A stretch of 64,000 nucleotides of DNA from an uncultured Gammaproteobacteria bacterium (GCA_964418775.1 CAYQNA010000002.1:22181-86180), one strand, 5' to 3'; positions 47,914-57,243 are shown, counted from the stretch's first letter. Numbers and translations: made by a program. The notes: generated by a model not told the origin, from the letters alone.

Positions 47914-49992
47914 ATGAAATACATGACCTTGTGTCTAGTTGCAGCCGTGACGAGCTGCGGCTTTAACTTCTCCCTGGATGGGAAGTGTTTCGAGGGAGAG
48001 ACCTACATCACTAACCCCAACTGCCCGCCGCCCGATGGCGCGGACAGCACGGACAGCGTTGACGGTCTCGATGCAATTGACAGTGTCGGCACTACCGGCA
48101 TCGACACGGTCGACGGCATGGACGGGATCGCTGCAGTCGTGGACGGTGTCGCCGGTGCGTACAGCACCGACGCCACAGACTCAACCGATACCACCGACGG
48201 CACGTCTGACGGGACGGATGGAACCGATGCCACCGATGGCACGGAACCGACTGACTCCGAGGATGGGTCAGATAGCACTGATGCTACTGATGGCACAGTG
48301 GTACTAACCTGTGTTGTGGATACGGACTGCATCGACGACGGCAACCCGTGCACGACAACCAAGTGCGACCCGAATGGCGAGTGCGTGCACCCGCCGAATT
48401 CGGAGTTGTGCGACGATGGTAATGCGTGTACGGCCGGCGACGTTTGTCAGGCCGGTGAGTGTACGGGCACGAGCATCACGTGTGATGACGCTAACCCCTG
48501 CACCACCGACACGTGCACGTCGCCGAGTGGCTGCGTGTTCGTATTCAACACAGCGACGTGCGATGACGGCAACCCGTGCAGCGTTAGTGATGTTTGCAAT
48601 TCTGGCACGTGTCAGAGCGGCAACAACATGTGCGCGTGCAAAACGGACACCGACTGCGTGCCCCACAACGACGACAACCTGTGCAATGGCCAGCTCCATT
48701 GCCTGGTGTCCGGTGGTGTGGGCAACTGCGTGCCGGACGAATCCACGGTCGTCGTGTGCAACACGAATCAGAACACGGACTGCCTTACAGCGGTCTGTGT
48801 GCCGGCCACAGGTGAATGCGCGCTTCAATCCACGCACGAGCAGGAAGCATGCTCGGACGATGGCGATGCGTGCACGATCCTCGAGACGTGCCAGAACGGC
48901 CAGTGCTTAGGCAAACCGCGGGTCTGCGACGATGACGACCTCTGTACGGGGACGGAATCGTGCGATCCAACGAGCGGTTGTGTTCCGGGTACGCCAAAGG
49001 TGTGTAATGACGGGGAGGCTTGCAACGGCCTCGAAACCTGCATCACCATCTACGGCGGCTGCATCCCGGGCATACCCAAGAACTGCAGTGACAGCGATCC
49101 CTGCACGCTCGATTCGTGTACGTCAGGTTCGGGCAACTGCGTCCACGATGTCGGGGCCCTTGACTGTGATGATACCAATCCCTGCACGTTCGATCTGTGC
49201 GTGCCAGTGGTTGGCTGTCTGAACCAGGGGGGGCTCCAGCTCGAGGACATTGCGTGCAACGACGGCAACGCCTGCACTACTGTCGACGCGTGCAACAGCA
49301 CGGGGCAGTGTGTGGGCAATGAACCGGTCGTGTGCACGGCCATGGACCAGTGCCACGATGCGGGTACATGTGACGTGGCGACGGGCGAGTGTTCGCAGCC
49401 GACGGTGAAAAACAGCACGCCCTGCAACGACGGGACGCTGTGCACCACCGGTGACGTTTGTGTGGAAGGTACGTGTGTGGGTAACGAACTTCCACCCTGC
49501 GTACCTGATGCTTGCCACACCAAAGGTTTCTGCAATCCAGAGGATGGCCAGTGTTACCAGGAAGATGCGGACCTCGTACAGTGCCCGACTGACAACGTGC
49601 CCTGCACGTATGACAGTTGGTGCGACCCCCTGGTGGGTTGCTATCACCTGGACATTGGTCGTTTGCCAAATTCCTACGGCAACTGCGGCGTTGACTCTAC
49701 TCTGACGTCTGGCAACCTAGACTTTGACGAATTTCCAGACTACGCTGACCAGGATGCAGATGCGGACGGAATCTGCGACCCCGGTGTATTCTGGGGTGGA
49801 CAGAACTGCACATATCTCCCCAATGACAAGCGGGACAATGCGTCCCGGGTTTATAACCCGGACCAATCTGACCAGGATGGCGATGGTCTCGGGGACGTCA
49901 TTGATCCTGACGCTGATGGGAGTGGGTGCTACGATGCCTCGTTCCCCATCATTCCGGCCGGGGCCTGCGTGGATCTCCCGGTCTCACCATAA
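47914..49992 (+). CDS. Lipoprotein with an acidic Thr/Asp-rich linker, about 14 Dictyostelium-type (CTDC) Cys-rich repeats and C-terminal thrombospondin type-3 Ca-binding repeats
   Basis: Lipobox LVAAVTSC; linker DSTDTTDGTSDGTDGTDATDGTEPTDSEDGSDSTDATDGT; repeats CDDGNPCTTTKCDPNGEC / CDDGNACTAGDVC / CDDANPCTTDTC...; TSP3 segment DQDADADGICD...NPDQSDQDGDGLGDVIDPDADGSGC; GC elevated over flanks. Confidence 0.75.
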   Translation: MKYMTLCLVAAVTSCGFNFSLDGKCFEGETYITNPNCPPPDGADSTDSVDGLDAIDSVGTTGIDTVDGMDGIAAVVDGVAGAYSTDATDSTDTTDGTSDGTDGTDATDGTEPTDSEDGSDSTDATDGTVVLTCVVDTDCIDDGNPCTTTKCDPNGECVHPPNSELCDDGNACTAGDVCQAGECTGTSITCDDANPCTTDTCTSPSGCVFVFNTATCDDGNPCSVSDVCNSGTCQSGNNMCACKTDTDCVPHNDDNLCNGQLHCLVSGGVGNCVPDESTVVVCNTNQNTDCLTAVCVPATGECALQSTHEQEACSDDGDACTILETCQNGQCLGKPRVCDDDDLCTGTESCDPTSGCVPGTPKVCNDGEACNGLETCITIYGGCIPGIPKNCSDSDPCTLDSCTSGSGNCVHDVGALDCDDTNPCTFDLCVPVVGCLNQGGLQLEDIACNDGNACTTVDACNSTGQCVGNEPVVCTAMDQCHDAGTCDVATGECSQPTVKNSTPCNDGTLCTTGDVCVEGTCVGNELPPCVPDACHTKGFCNPEDGQCYQEDADLVQCPTDNVPCTYDSWCDPLVGCYHLDIGRLPNSYGNCGVDSTLTSGNLDFDEFPDYADQDADADGICDPGVFWGGQNCTYLPNDKRDNASRVYNPDQSDQDGDGLGDVIDPDADGSGCYDASFPIIPAGACVDLPVSP

Positions 49993-50008
49993 CCTTTAAC
50001 CTCTGGGG

Positions 50009-50041
50009 CGGGCTGTAAGTCACTTGCAGCCCGGCGCCCTT
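50009..50041 (+). terminator. GC-rich hairpin plus U-run; likely terminator of the lipoprotein gene
   Basis: cgggctg-taagtcacttg-cagcccg followed by gcgcccTTTT. Confidence 0.4.
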
Positions 50042-50073
50042 TTGACCCCCTGCCTAGGGGTTTAGAAGAGCCT

Positions 50074-50101
50074 AAAAAACCGCTTAAATAAGCGGTTTTT
50101 T
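50074..50101. terminator. Rho-independent terminator (A-tract/hairpin/T-tract; bidirectional-looking)
   Basis: aaaaaCCGCTT-aaat-AAGCGGttttt. Confidence 0.6.
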
Positions 50102-50128
50102 ATTTACATAAGTTATCCCCCTCCCCTA

Positions 50129-50157
50129 TTGACAAAAGGGCTGTTTTTTGGTATACT
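50129..50157 (+). promoter_or_regulatory. sigma70 promoter TTGACA-17-TATACT with extended -10 TGn, for GT4 gene 50185
   Basis: ctaTTGACAaaagggctgttttttggTATACTctc. Confidence 0.6.
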
Positions 50158-50184
50158 CTCCAGTTATTTTTAAGGGCCACCCCT

Positions 50185-51357
50185 ATGCGTATTGCGATGA
50201 TCGGACAAAAAGGTATGCCTGCCACCTACGGCGGGGTGGAGCGCCATGTCCACGATTTAGCCGTGCGCCTGGTTAAAGCCGGTCATCAAGTGACTGCCTA
50301 TAGCCGCGCCTGGTACACCGGCGGCCACATGGGTCCAGTTGAGGGTGTTTCAATTGCCCTCTTGCCAAGTATCAAGAGCCAAAGCTTGGACACCATTACT
50401 CACACGGTCTTGGCCTCGTGGCACGCTGCACGCGCCAAGTTTGACGTGATCCACTATCACGGTGTTGGTCCATCTTTAATGGCTTGGATCCCTCGTTTGA
50501 TTTCACCTAAGACCAAAATTGTCTCCACATTCCACTCCATTGACCGCCACCAGCCAAAGTGGGGCCGCTTTGCCAAATTCATGTTGCGCCTCGGGGAATG
50601 GTGTGCTTGTCGCTTGGCTCATGACACAATTGTAGTGTCGAAAAGCTTGCAGAACTACTGCTTGAACGAATACAACCGCATTACCAATTACATTCCAAAC
50701 GGGACAGCATTGCGCCGTTCAGATAAAATCTCGACCGCGCCATTGGCTCAGTTTGGTTTGCAAGATGGCCAATACTTAGTCATGGTCGCACGTTTGATCC
50801 CAACCAAGGGTGCCCACTTACTTATCGATGCGTTTGAACAACTTAAGAACGGCAGCGCAGCAGCCAAAAATCTCAAACTTGCCATTGTTGGCGACACTGT
50901 AAATACGGACGCCTATGTGGCCCGCCTCAAAGCGCAAGCTGCTGGCAACTCAGACATTGTCTTCACTGGTTTCCAATCTGGTACCGAACTCCGTGCATTG
51001 TATGCGCACAGTTTTGCGGTGGTGCACCCATCGTTCAGCGAAGGCTTGCCAATTACAGTGCTCGAAGCCATGAGTTATGCCAAGCCAGTGCTTGTGTCTG
51101 ACATTGTGGAGCACCTGGAAGTCGTAACTGACCGCCGCGTCTTGTACGCGCAAAACTCAGTGCGCGACTTGGCCCGCTGCTTAAAAGAATTCCTTGAATT
51201 ACCGGCCGCAGAACGCGAAACTATCGGCATGCTTAATCGCCAAATGGTTCGCGCCAACTTTAGTTGGGAAACATTGGTACCACAAACAATTGCCGTGTAC
51301 CAAAACCCCGTGCCAGACTCAACAGTGGCCCGCAAAGAAATTTTGGCCACGACCTAA
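50185..51357 (+). CDS. Glycosyltransferase family 4
   Basis: MRIAMIGQKGMPATYGGVERHV N-terminus; FSEGLPITVLEAMSYAKPVLVSD. Confidence 0.8.
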   Translation: MRIAMIGQKGMPATYGGVERHVHDLAVRLVKAGHQVTAYSRAWYTGGHMGPVEGVSIALLPSIKSQSLDTITHTVLASWHAARAKFDVIHYHGVGPSLMAWIPRLISPKTKIVSTFHSIDRHQPKWGRFAKFMLRLGEWCACRLAHDTIVVSKSLQNYCLNEYNRITNYIPNGTALRRSDKISTAPLAQFGLQDGQYLVMVARLIPTKGAHLLIDAFEQLKNGSAAAKNLKLAIVGDTVNTDAYVARLKAQAAGNSDIVFTGFQSGTELRALYAHSFAVVHPSFSEGLPITVLEAMSYAKPVLVSDIVEHLEVVTDRRVLYAQNSVRDLARCLKEFLELPAAERETIGMLNRQMVRANFSWETLVPQTIAVYQNPVPDSTVARKEILATT

Positions 51358-51371
51358 GCAAAATCATATAC

Positions 51372-51404
51372 CAAAAAGACCCCGCACAGGGGTCTTTTGT
51401 TTTA
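51372..51404. terminator. Bidirectional rho-independent terminator between convergent genes
   Basis: ccaaaaAGACCCC-gcaca-GGGGTCTtttgtttt. Confidence 0.65.
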
Positions 51405-51443
51405 CAAAAAGTAAACTATGCGCCTTTTAATACGTGCCAAGAA

Positions 51444-53444
51444 CTAAATACCAGCATCAGGAGAAAGAACAATAATGTCACTTTGACCATTAAAATCAAC
51501 GTCTGCGGCGCGCACTACCGCACCATTTTTACGCGTAGTTTTGTATGCAGTGAATTCTTTACCTTGCTGATTCCCCTCTTCATTAAACGTGCGCACAAGC
51601 GGGCCCTTACCTACACCGGCACCAACAATAATTTCCGCGCGACCATTACCATCCACATCACCAGCCGCGACATTTACGCCGCCACGGAATGCTTTTTCAA
51701 AAGCCAAAAAATTGCGCACCGTGGCTTGCGCGGCCGTAAACACATACACGCGCGGTTCAGCACCCGGACCCGCACCCACAATCAAACGCGTTTCGCCTTT
51801 AGCGCCAGTTTTCGCGACTGCAAGTGTGAAACCATTTTTGTATTTTTTACCAAGTGGATACCAATCATCGCGCATGGGATTACCATCCAAATCATAATAT
51901 TTGAGCGGCAAAACATCTTTGCTTGGCGCCACCATAATTTCAGCCTTATCGTCGCCATTAATATCAGCGGTCACAACATTGAGCGTGCCAGTGTATTTAA
52001 AACCATAAGGTGCAATGGTAAATAATGGCTGGCCATCGTCGCGCCACGCCAAGATTTGGTTGCCGCTTACAATCAGTAAATCACGCTGGCCATTACCATT
52101 TAAATCTTGGTGTAAAATTTGTTCACCACCCCGATACCCGTCTTCATAAATAAAAAAGCCGTTGCGCACGCGACCACCATCAGCGCGGAAAAAACGGATA
52201 AAGCCACCGTTGGTGAACAATAAGTCAGATAACGTCGAGACAGTTTTTAATAACAACGCACCATCATAACCACCGAGCCAGGTCTCGGACACAATTGCAC
52301 CAGAATTAACGTTTGGGTCTTGAGTGCCGCGAATTTTTTCATACTCACCGCCAAGTGAAACGTTTTGACCAAGCGGAGTGCTGTTTACAATGGCGACACC
52401 GCGCGCAAAGTCGCGACGCCATACATCTGGTTGATAGTGTGCGGAATTATTAAGTGCATACGAGTCACCAGCTGGGTCGCCGAGGCGCACACCATATTCA
52501 TCGTACTGCCAGGTCTGCCCGTGGTCTTGGTCGCCATGGTCATATGAATAATACCCATCCTCGAGCAACGTGCTCGCGAGACCAAAACGCATTTGCTGGT
52601 AATTTGTACTGCCGCCAACATTGTTGGTATTGGCATTAATAAACATAGTTTGGCCAGCCTTTTGATTGGCACGATATGTGGCCATGGTCTGCGACCACGA
52701 GGCTGGTTGGAAATTTTCAAGCAGTGTTCCGTCTAATTCTTGTTGATACGCGCGCGTGGTACCATTGCCAACTAAAATCGCCCTTGGCGCAATTTGGCGC
52801 GTTGTGCGGTAAATTGAGCGCATGCCGTCGCGCCACGCTGCATCAAGATTACTATCAACTGAGCCATCGCCATTTAAATCAATATTAGAGCCTGCAAAAT
52901 ACGTAATATTATCCCACGCATTATCATAAAAAACACCGTCCCACAAATTCGTGCTGAGAATTTTGGTGGTCACAAAATTGACCAAATAATCAGTCCAGCG
53001 TTGACCACCAACTACAGGCGCTTGCGGTGTCACATTTAACAGATACGTACCCGGCCACCAACTAAGGCGCTGACCACTGGAATTATGCAAATACCATTGC
53101 TCGGGAATGCCGGCCGCAAGTTGACTGCGCAGCGGACTGTAACCACCCGGCGCATCTTTACGAATTTCTTGCGGCGTAATGTACGCCAAAATAATAATGT
53201 CTGGATTAATTGTGCGCATCAATCTCAACAACTCAGGCGCACGCACCTGCATGTCCATATCCATGACCACAACCGGCCACTTGGCGAGCTCACGCGCATT
53301 TGGTTCATTCAATTCCCAACGCAAATAAAAATTCACCGTGCGCGGAAAATCACGGTTAAGGCGCGTCGAAGCCGCACTAACAAAACCAGGCAGACACAGC
53401 CCAGCAATGACGAACGGAATAATTTTTTTAAACCAACGATTCAT
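51444..53444 (-). CDS. Secreted putative polysaccharide hydrolase (GH114/TM1410-like TIM-barrel domain) with C-terminal FG-GAP repeats
   Basis: Signal peptide MNRWFKKIIPFVIAGLCLPGFVSA|AS (ATG at 53442-53444 chosen; the longer track start would bury it); N-terminal domain WPVVVMDMDM...IIILAYI...LWDGVFYDNA; C-terminal DINGDDKAEIMV, GDVDGNGRAEIIVGAG, ADVDFNGQSDIIV. Confidence 0.5.
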   Translation of the reverse strand: MNRWFKKIIPFVIAGLCLPGFVSAASTRLNRDFPRTVNFYLRWELNEPNARELAKWPVVVMDMDMQVRAPELLRLMRTINPDIIILAYITPQEIRKDAPGGYSPLRSQLAAGIPEQWYLHNSSGQRLSWWPGTYLLNVTPQAPVVGGQRWTDYLVNFVTTKILSTNLWDGVFYDNAWDNITYFAGSNIDLNGDGSVDSNLDAAWRDGMRSIYRTTRQIAPRAILVGNGTTRAYQQELDGTLLENFQPASWSQTMATYRANQKAGQTMFINANTNNVGGSTNYQQMRFGLASTLLEDGYYSYDHGDQDHGQTWQYDEYGVRLGDPAGDSYALNNSAHYQPDVWRRDFARGVAIVNSTPLGQNVSLGGEYEKIRGTQDPNVNSGAIVSETWLGGYDGALLLKTVSTLSDLLFTNGGFIRFFRADGGRVRNGFFIYEDGYRGGEQILHQDLNGNGQRDLLIVSGNQILAWRDDGQPLFTIAPYGFKYTGTLNVVTADINGDDKAEIMVAPSKDVLPLKYYDLDGNPMRDDWYPLGKKYKNGFTLAVAKTGAKGETRLIVGAGPGAEPRVYVFTAAQATVRNFLAFEKAFRGGVNVAAGDVDGNGRAEIIVGAGVGKGPLVRTFNEEGNQQGKEFTAYKTTRKNGAVVRAADVDFNGQSDIIVLSPDAGI

Positions 53445-54642
53445 ATAAACCAACAATGGCGGCCAAATGTTTGTGTGGGTCATTAACATACTCGACTTGG
53501 CGTCGCAGACCCAAGCCTACCTCGTGGCGGGCAGCGAGCGGGGCATTATACCAGCGCTGGACCAATTGCGCCAGCTGGGTTGACTCCCCTGGTTTAAAAA
53601 GCAATTCATCGGGCAAAAGTTCGGGCAGGCCGCCAATACGGCTCGCAATCATAATCTTGCCCATGGCCTTGGCTTCGAGCACACTAATTGGGTAATTTTC
53701 ATACCAAACGGCCGGGAGCACGAGCAAACGCGCCTGGGCCACGAGCTGGCGCAGTTCCGGACCAGTTCTAAAACCGCAAAACTCAACGTTTGGAAGGTCG
53801 GCGGCCAAAGCTTTTAATTCAGCTTCTTGCTCGCCAGTACCAATTAATTTGTAGTGAATCGCGGGCGTTAAGCGCGCAGCCTCAACCAATACTTTCAGGC
53901 CTTTTTCTTCGGACAAACGGCCAATATACGCTACATAACCCGCATCATCCGGCGCCAAATTCCACGTGCGCGCATCAATTGGATTGGGAATTTGCACAAA
54001 CTTATCGCGCGGCTGGCCCAGGCGCACACACGTATCAAGCATGAATTGGCTGGGCGCAATAAATTTGTTGACCCCGCGTTCATAATATTTTTTAAATTTG
54101 TGGTGCCAAATCATTTCCGCTGTCACCAGCGTACTTTGCGCGCGACTATTTTTAAAACACTTATTTTTTATACACGTTAAATACCACCCGCGCGCGTCTT
54201 CTTCGTGCACCGCGCCATGATGATACATCGGATAATTCGGGCACACCAATTTGTAATCATGCAAGGTCATGACGACCGGAATGTTGCGCGCTTTGAATAC
54301 AGGCAAAATTGACGGCGTAATGTGGTGATAAATATTATGCAAATGCACCACGTCAATTTTTTCTTGGTCCAATAGTTTAGTAATTTTTTCGCGCGCTTCG
54401 TGCGAATAAATAAAGCGGCCGGCATACCGAATTTTATTACCCAAACTAACACGCGACGGGTCATTCAAATCCATTTCGCGCACAAAAAAAGGGCTGTATG
54501 GCGAGGGCATGGCTTGCGGATGCTGCATGCTAAATGGAATCACCGTGTGGCCAGCTTTAGTCAGAGCAGCCGATAAATCCCACGCATAATTAGACGCACC
54601 GTCGCGGTACCAAAAATATTTATGCACTTGAAGTATGCGCAT
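53428..54642 (-). CDS. Glycosyltransferase family 4
   Basis: MRILQVHKYF...; C-terminal GLPELLPDE; GT-B fold. Confidence 0.75.
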   Translation of the reverse strand: MRILQVHKYFWYRDGASNYAWDLSAALTKAGHTVIPFSMQHPQAMPSPYSPFFVREMDLNDPSRVSLGNKIRYAGRFIYSHEAREKITKLLDQEKIDVVHLHNIYHHITPSILPVFKARNIPVVMTLHDYKLVCPNYPMYHHGAVHEEDARGWYLTCIKNKCFKNSRAQSTLVTAEMIWHHKFKKYYERGVNKFIAPSQFMLDTCVRLGQPRDKFVQIPNPIDARTWNLAPDDAGYVAYIGRLSEEKGLKVLVEAARLTPAIHYKLIGTGEQEAELKALAADLPNVEFCGFRTGPELRQLVAQARLLVLPAVWYENYPISVLEAKAMGKIMIASRIGGLPELLPDELLFKPGESTQLAQLVQRWYNAPLAARHEVGLGLRRQVEYVNDPHKHLAAIVGLYESLV

Positions 54643-54643
54643 A

Positions 54644-55702
54644 TTAGGCCAGGGTGCGATACAATTGTTCGTACGCGCGCGTCATCACACGAATATCAAA
54701 AGCGGCTTCGGCATGCACGCGCGCCTCGGCGGCCACAGACAGCGCTTCTTCGGGGTATTCCAAAACATGTTCAATCGCGTGGCGGAGCGCAGTTGGGTCA
54801 TTGGGCTCCACCAAATAGCCAGTTTGTTCATCACTAATAAACTCCGGCAAACCGCCCGTGCGTGACGCAATTACCACACGGCCAGCAGCCATGGCTTCGC
54901 GCGCCACAATCCCCAACCCTTCCCACAGCGATGGCATAATTAACATATCGTGTTCAGAGAGCAATTTCGGCACATCATGCGTGGCACTGACCAAACGCAC
55001 ACGGTCAGCCAGCGCCATGGCATTGGTCATGTGCACAATTTTCTCGCGGTCTTCACCATTACCCGCAATTGTTAAGCGCCAATTATGGTGACGAATTTGC
55101 GACAAAGCCCGCAGTGCAATTACTTGACCTTTTTGCACAGTCAAACGGCCGAGTAATAAAATTTTTAAGGGCGAACCAAAAGCTGGCGACGTTACATTGG
55201 CAAATCGCGTTAGGTCCACGCCAGTCGGAATAATTTCCGCTTTAGTAATTCCATATGTGTGGCGCATAAAATCCGCAATCGCTTGCGATAATGCCACATG
55301 CACCTGACTCTTGTTGCGCAGCACACGCTTCACCAGATTGTGTGCCCAACTTTCACTCACATTAATATTATGCTCAGTTGTAATCACGGGAATATTCAAA
55401 CGACGCGCAGCCAAACGACCCCACACATCACCCCCAAACAAATGCGTGTGCACAATATCTGGTTGCAAAATTTGCAATTGTTTTTTAATCCGATTAATCA
55501 AACCAATATCCAGCTTACCTTTTTTCGGCACCACAAACACTGGCACATCAGGCGGCAATTCAGCGGCCAGTGGATTATTATCAAACAACGTAATAATTGA
55601 AAACGAAAACTCGTCGCGATTCGCATGGCGAATTAATTCCACCACCATTTTCTCGGCCCCGCCAAATGGCAGTGCCGGTAAAATATGAACAATATGACGC
55701 AT
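54644..55702 (-). CDS. Glycosyltransferase family 4
   Basis: MRHIVHILPALPFGGAEKMVVEL...EGLGIVAREAMAAGRVVIASRTGGLPEFI. Track start is GTG at 55768; ATG at 55700-55702. Confidence 0.75.
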   Translation of the reverse strand: MRHIVHILPALPFGGAEKMVVELIRHANRDEFSFSIITLFDNNPLAAELPPDVPVFVVPKKGKLDIGLINRIKKQLQILQPDIVHTHLFGGDVWGRLAARRLNIPVITTEHNINVSESWAHNLVKRVLRNKSQVHVALSQAIADFMRHTYGITKAEIIPTGVDLTRFANVTSPAFGSPLKILLLGRLTVQKGQVIALRALSQIRHHNWRLTIAGNGEDREKIVHMTNAMALADRVRLVSATHDVPKLLSEHDMLIMPSLWEGLGIVAREAMAAGRVVIASRTGGLPEFISDEQTGYLVEPNDPTALRHAIEHVLEYPEEALSVAAEARVHAEAAFDIRVMTRAYEQLYRTLA

Positions 55703-55703
55703 A

Positions 55704-57110
55704 CTATTTGGTTTGTTTTTTGAGTGCAATTCCGGCCAGCGCCATCCCAATTGGCAACCACAGCACACTATTCAAATACGACGTATTAAATAATTGGAAC
55801 ACCATGGCGCCCGCGCACATACACAAGAGCGCTTGGTAAAACACATCATCGCGCACGCGCTTCCCCACTGCCCACAACACCCAACCCAAAAATCCAACAA
55901 ACGTCACGAGCCCAAACACACCCGTTTCAATCACCATTTTTTGGAGCAAACCATGCGCGTCCAAAGCTTCGCCATATTCAAGTGTGTACACATATGAGTT
56001 CGCGAGGAGTTCCACAAATGTGCCCGGCCCATAGCCAAACCACGGCTTCACACTTGCATATGCCAAGGCAATTTCCGTCACTTCCCAACGTGCGCCCGAC
56101 GAACTCGATACAATGTTAGACGTTAAGAAATAGGCCATGTATCCAATCACGGCCACAGCCGCCGACAGCAACAAAACCTTAGCTTCCGGGGCTAATGATT
56201 TTAATTTCACAATAGCCTCGCGACGATACAACCACAACGCAATCACGACCTGCACACCCAAACTAAGCCAAGCGGCGCGCGACAAGGTTAACAAACAAAT
56301 CGTCACCATAAACCCAATGCCCCACCACAACCATTGCTGTGCCCGGCGACGATAATACCACGCCAACCACACCCCAATCGGAATAATCGCGACCAGCGGC
56401 TCGGCCAATTGATTATGATTCACGCCCAGTGGCGTAAACCCACCAATCGCAAATGGCACAGCGCGCACCCAACCCTGCGGCGGCACCAAAAATAACGACA
56501 CCAAACCATACACACTAATTGCCACACCCACGCCAAACCACACCTTGGCCACGCGCAACCACGCGGCCGGCGTCGTCACCAATCGCCCCACCATCACCAC
56601 ATACGCCACATACACAAACACATACAAACGCAACCACACATACCACGCACTACTCGTATCATGGTCATACACCAATTGCGCGGACGCTGCAGACAACAGC
56701 AAAAATGCCCCATACCATTGCCAACCAGGCACACGCCACTCACCCCGCTGCCATGCCGGCAAACGCAAGAGCCACGCCACCGCCAAACTCGCGGCCATCA
56801 GCACAGCCAAAAATTCCGCAATCGGCGCATTCAACGTCGCCAAACCAGGCACTTCGCGCGCCCACGCATACACCGAAAAATCAATCATGTAGCCCGTGAA
56901 AAAACTCGTCAGCGCCAGCAGCGACACACCCACCATTGGCCTAAATGCAAACAAACCAACAATCCCTGCCACAGCCAAAACAACCGCCAGCGACGGAATA
57001 AACATGAGCAGCCCCGCATATCCCAACCCCAAGGCCAACACCAGCAGCACCATACTACAACCCCATGGTGCCCGCGGGTTAAAATAAGCTAAAAAATTTG
57101 GAGCGTACAT
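55704..57110 (-). CDS. O-antigen ligase/polymerase family membrane protein (Wzy_C-like)
   Basis: 468 aa, about 12 TM helices, LSRAAWLSLGVQ loop motif. Confidence 0.6.
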   Translation of the reverse strand: MYAPNFLAYFNPRAPWGCSMVLLVLALGLGYAGLLMFIPSLAVVLAVAGIVGLFAFRPMVGVSLLALTSFFTGYMIDFSVYAWAREVPGLATLNAPIAEFLAVLMAASLAVAWLLRLPAWQRGEWRVPGWQWYGAFLLLSAASAQLVYDHDTSSAWYVWLRLYVFVYVAYVVMVGRLVTTPAAWLRVAKVWFGVGVAISVYGLVSLFLVPPQGWVRAVPFAIGGFTPLGVNHNQLAEPLVAIIPIGVWLAWYYRRRAQQWLWWGIGFMVTICLLTLSRAAWLSLGVQVVIALWLYRREAIVKLKSLAPEAKVLLLSAAVAVIGYMAYFLTSNIVSSSSGARWEVTEIALAYASVKPWFGYGPGTFVELLANSYVYTLEYGEALDAHGLLQKMVIETGVFGLVTFVGFLGWVLWAVGKRVRDDVFYQALLCMCAGAMVFQLFNTSYLNSVLWLPIGMALAGIALKKQTK

Positions 57111-57158
57111 ACGCGAAAATTATGCGCGTAGTATACTAAAAAAATGCGTGCGCAGCAA

Positions 57159-57195
57159 TAAAAAAATCTCCCAATGTTCTTGGGAGATTTTCAAT
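57159..57195 (-). terminator. Rho-independent terminator closing the high-GC island transcript(s)
   Basis: Minus strand: AUCUCCCAA-GAACA-UUGGGAGAU followed by UUUUUUU. Confidence 0.65.
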
Positions 57196-57243
57196 TCAAT
57201 TTCTTGCTGTTCACAGTACCAAATTTGATGCTGTAAATGGCAA

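Noticed and set aside
48030-48300. Repetitive DNA (GAC/ACC/GAT periodicity) as a CRISPR or tandem-repeat element
   Set aside because: It is in-frame coding low complexity (Asp/Thr/Gly linker) with no spacer-repeat structure. There is no CRISPR array anywhere in the window.
47978-49669. Alternative-frame ORFs inside the 47914..49992 lipoprotein gene (47978..48307, 48003..48362(-), 48304..48837(-), 48311..48910, 49123..49647(-))
   Set aside because: Same shadow-frame artefact. Only the 47914 frame shows the lipobox, the periodic C-D-D-G-N-x-C-T repeats and the TSP3 motifs.
51264-52025. 253-aa plus-strand ORF overlapping the hydrolase gene
   Set aside because: It is antisense to a well-supported secreted hydrolase CDS with FG-GAP repeats. 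Its composition (Ile/Arg/His-rich) is typical of a shadow frame.
1988-57110. ORF-track start coordinates for about 14 genes (e.g. 3196, 4278, 5188, 14618, 21511, 28707, 29506, 31093, 32378, 36690, 39475, 45506, 55768, 59272)
   Set aside because: - These starts are TTG or GTG codons reached by maximal extension.
- In each case an in-frame ATG further in gives the conserved N-terminus (e.g. MKIAHIV, MWLAIVPAFNE, VLVTGGAGFIG) and restores the stop-N1-ATG or ATGA packing seen elsewhere.
- The ATG starts were used; the GTG at 45867 was kept because of an AAGGAAG Shine-Dalgarno at the right distance.
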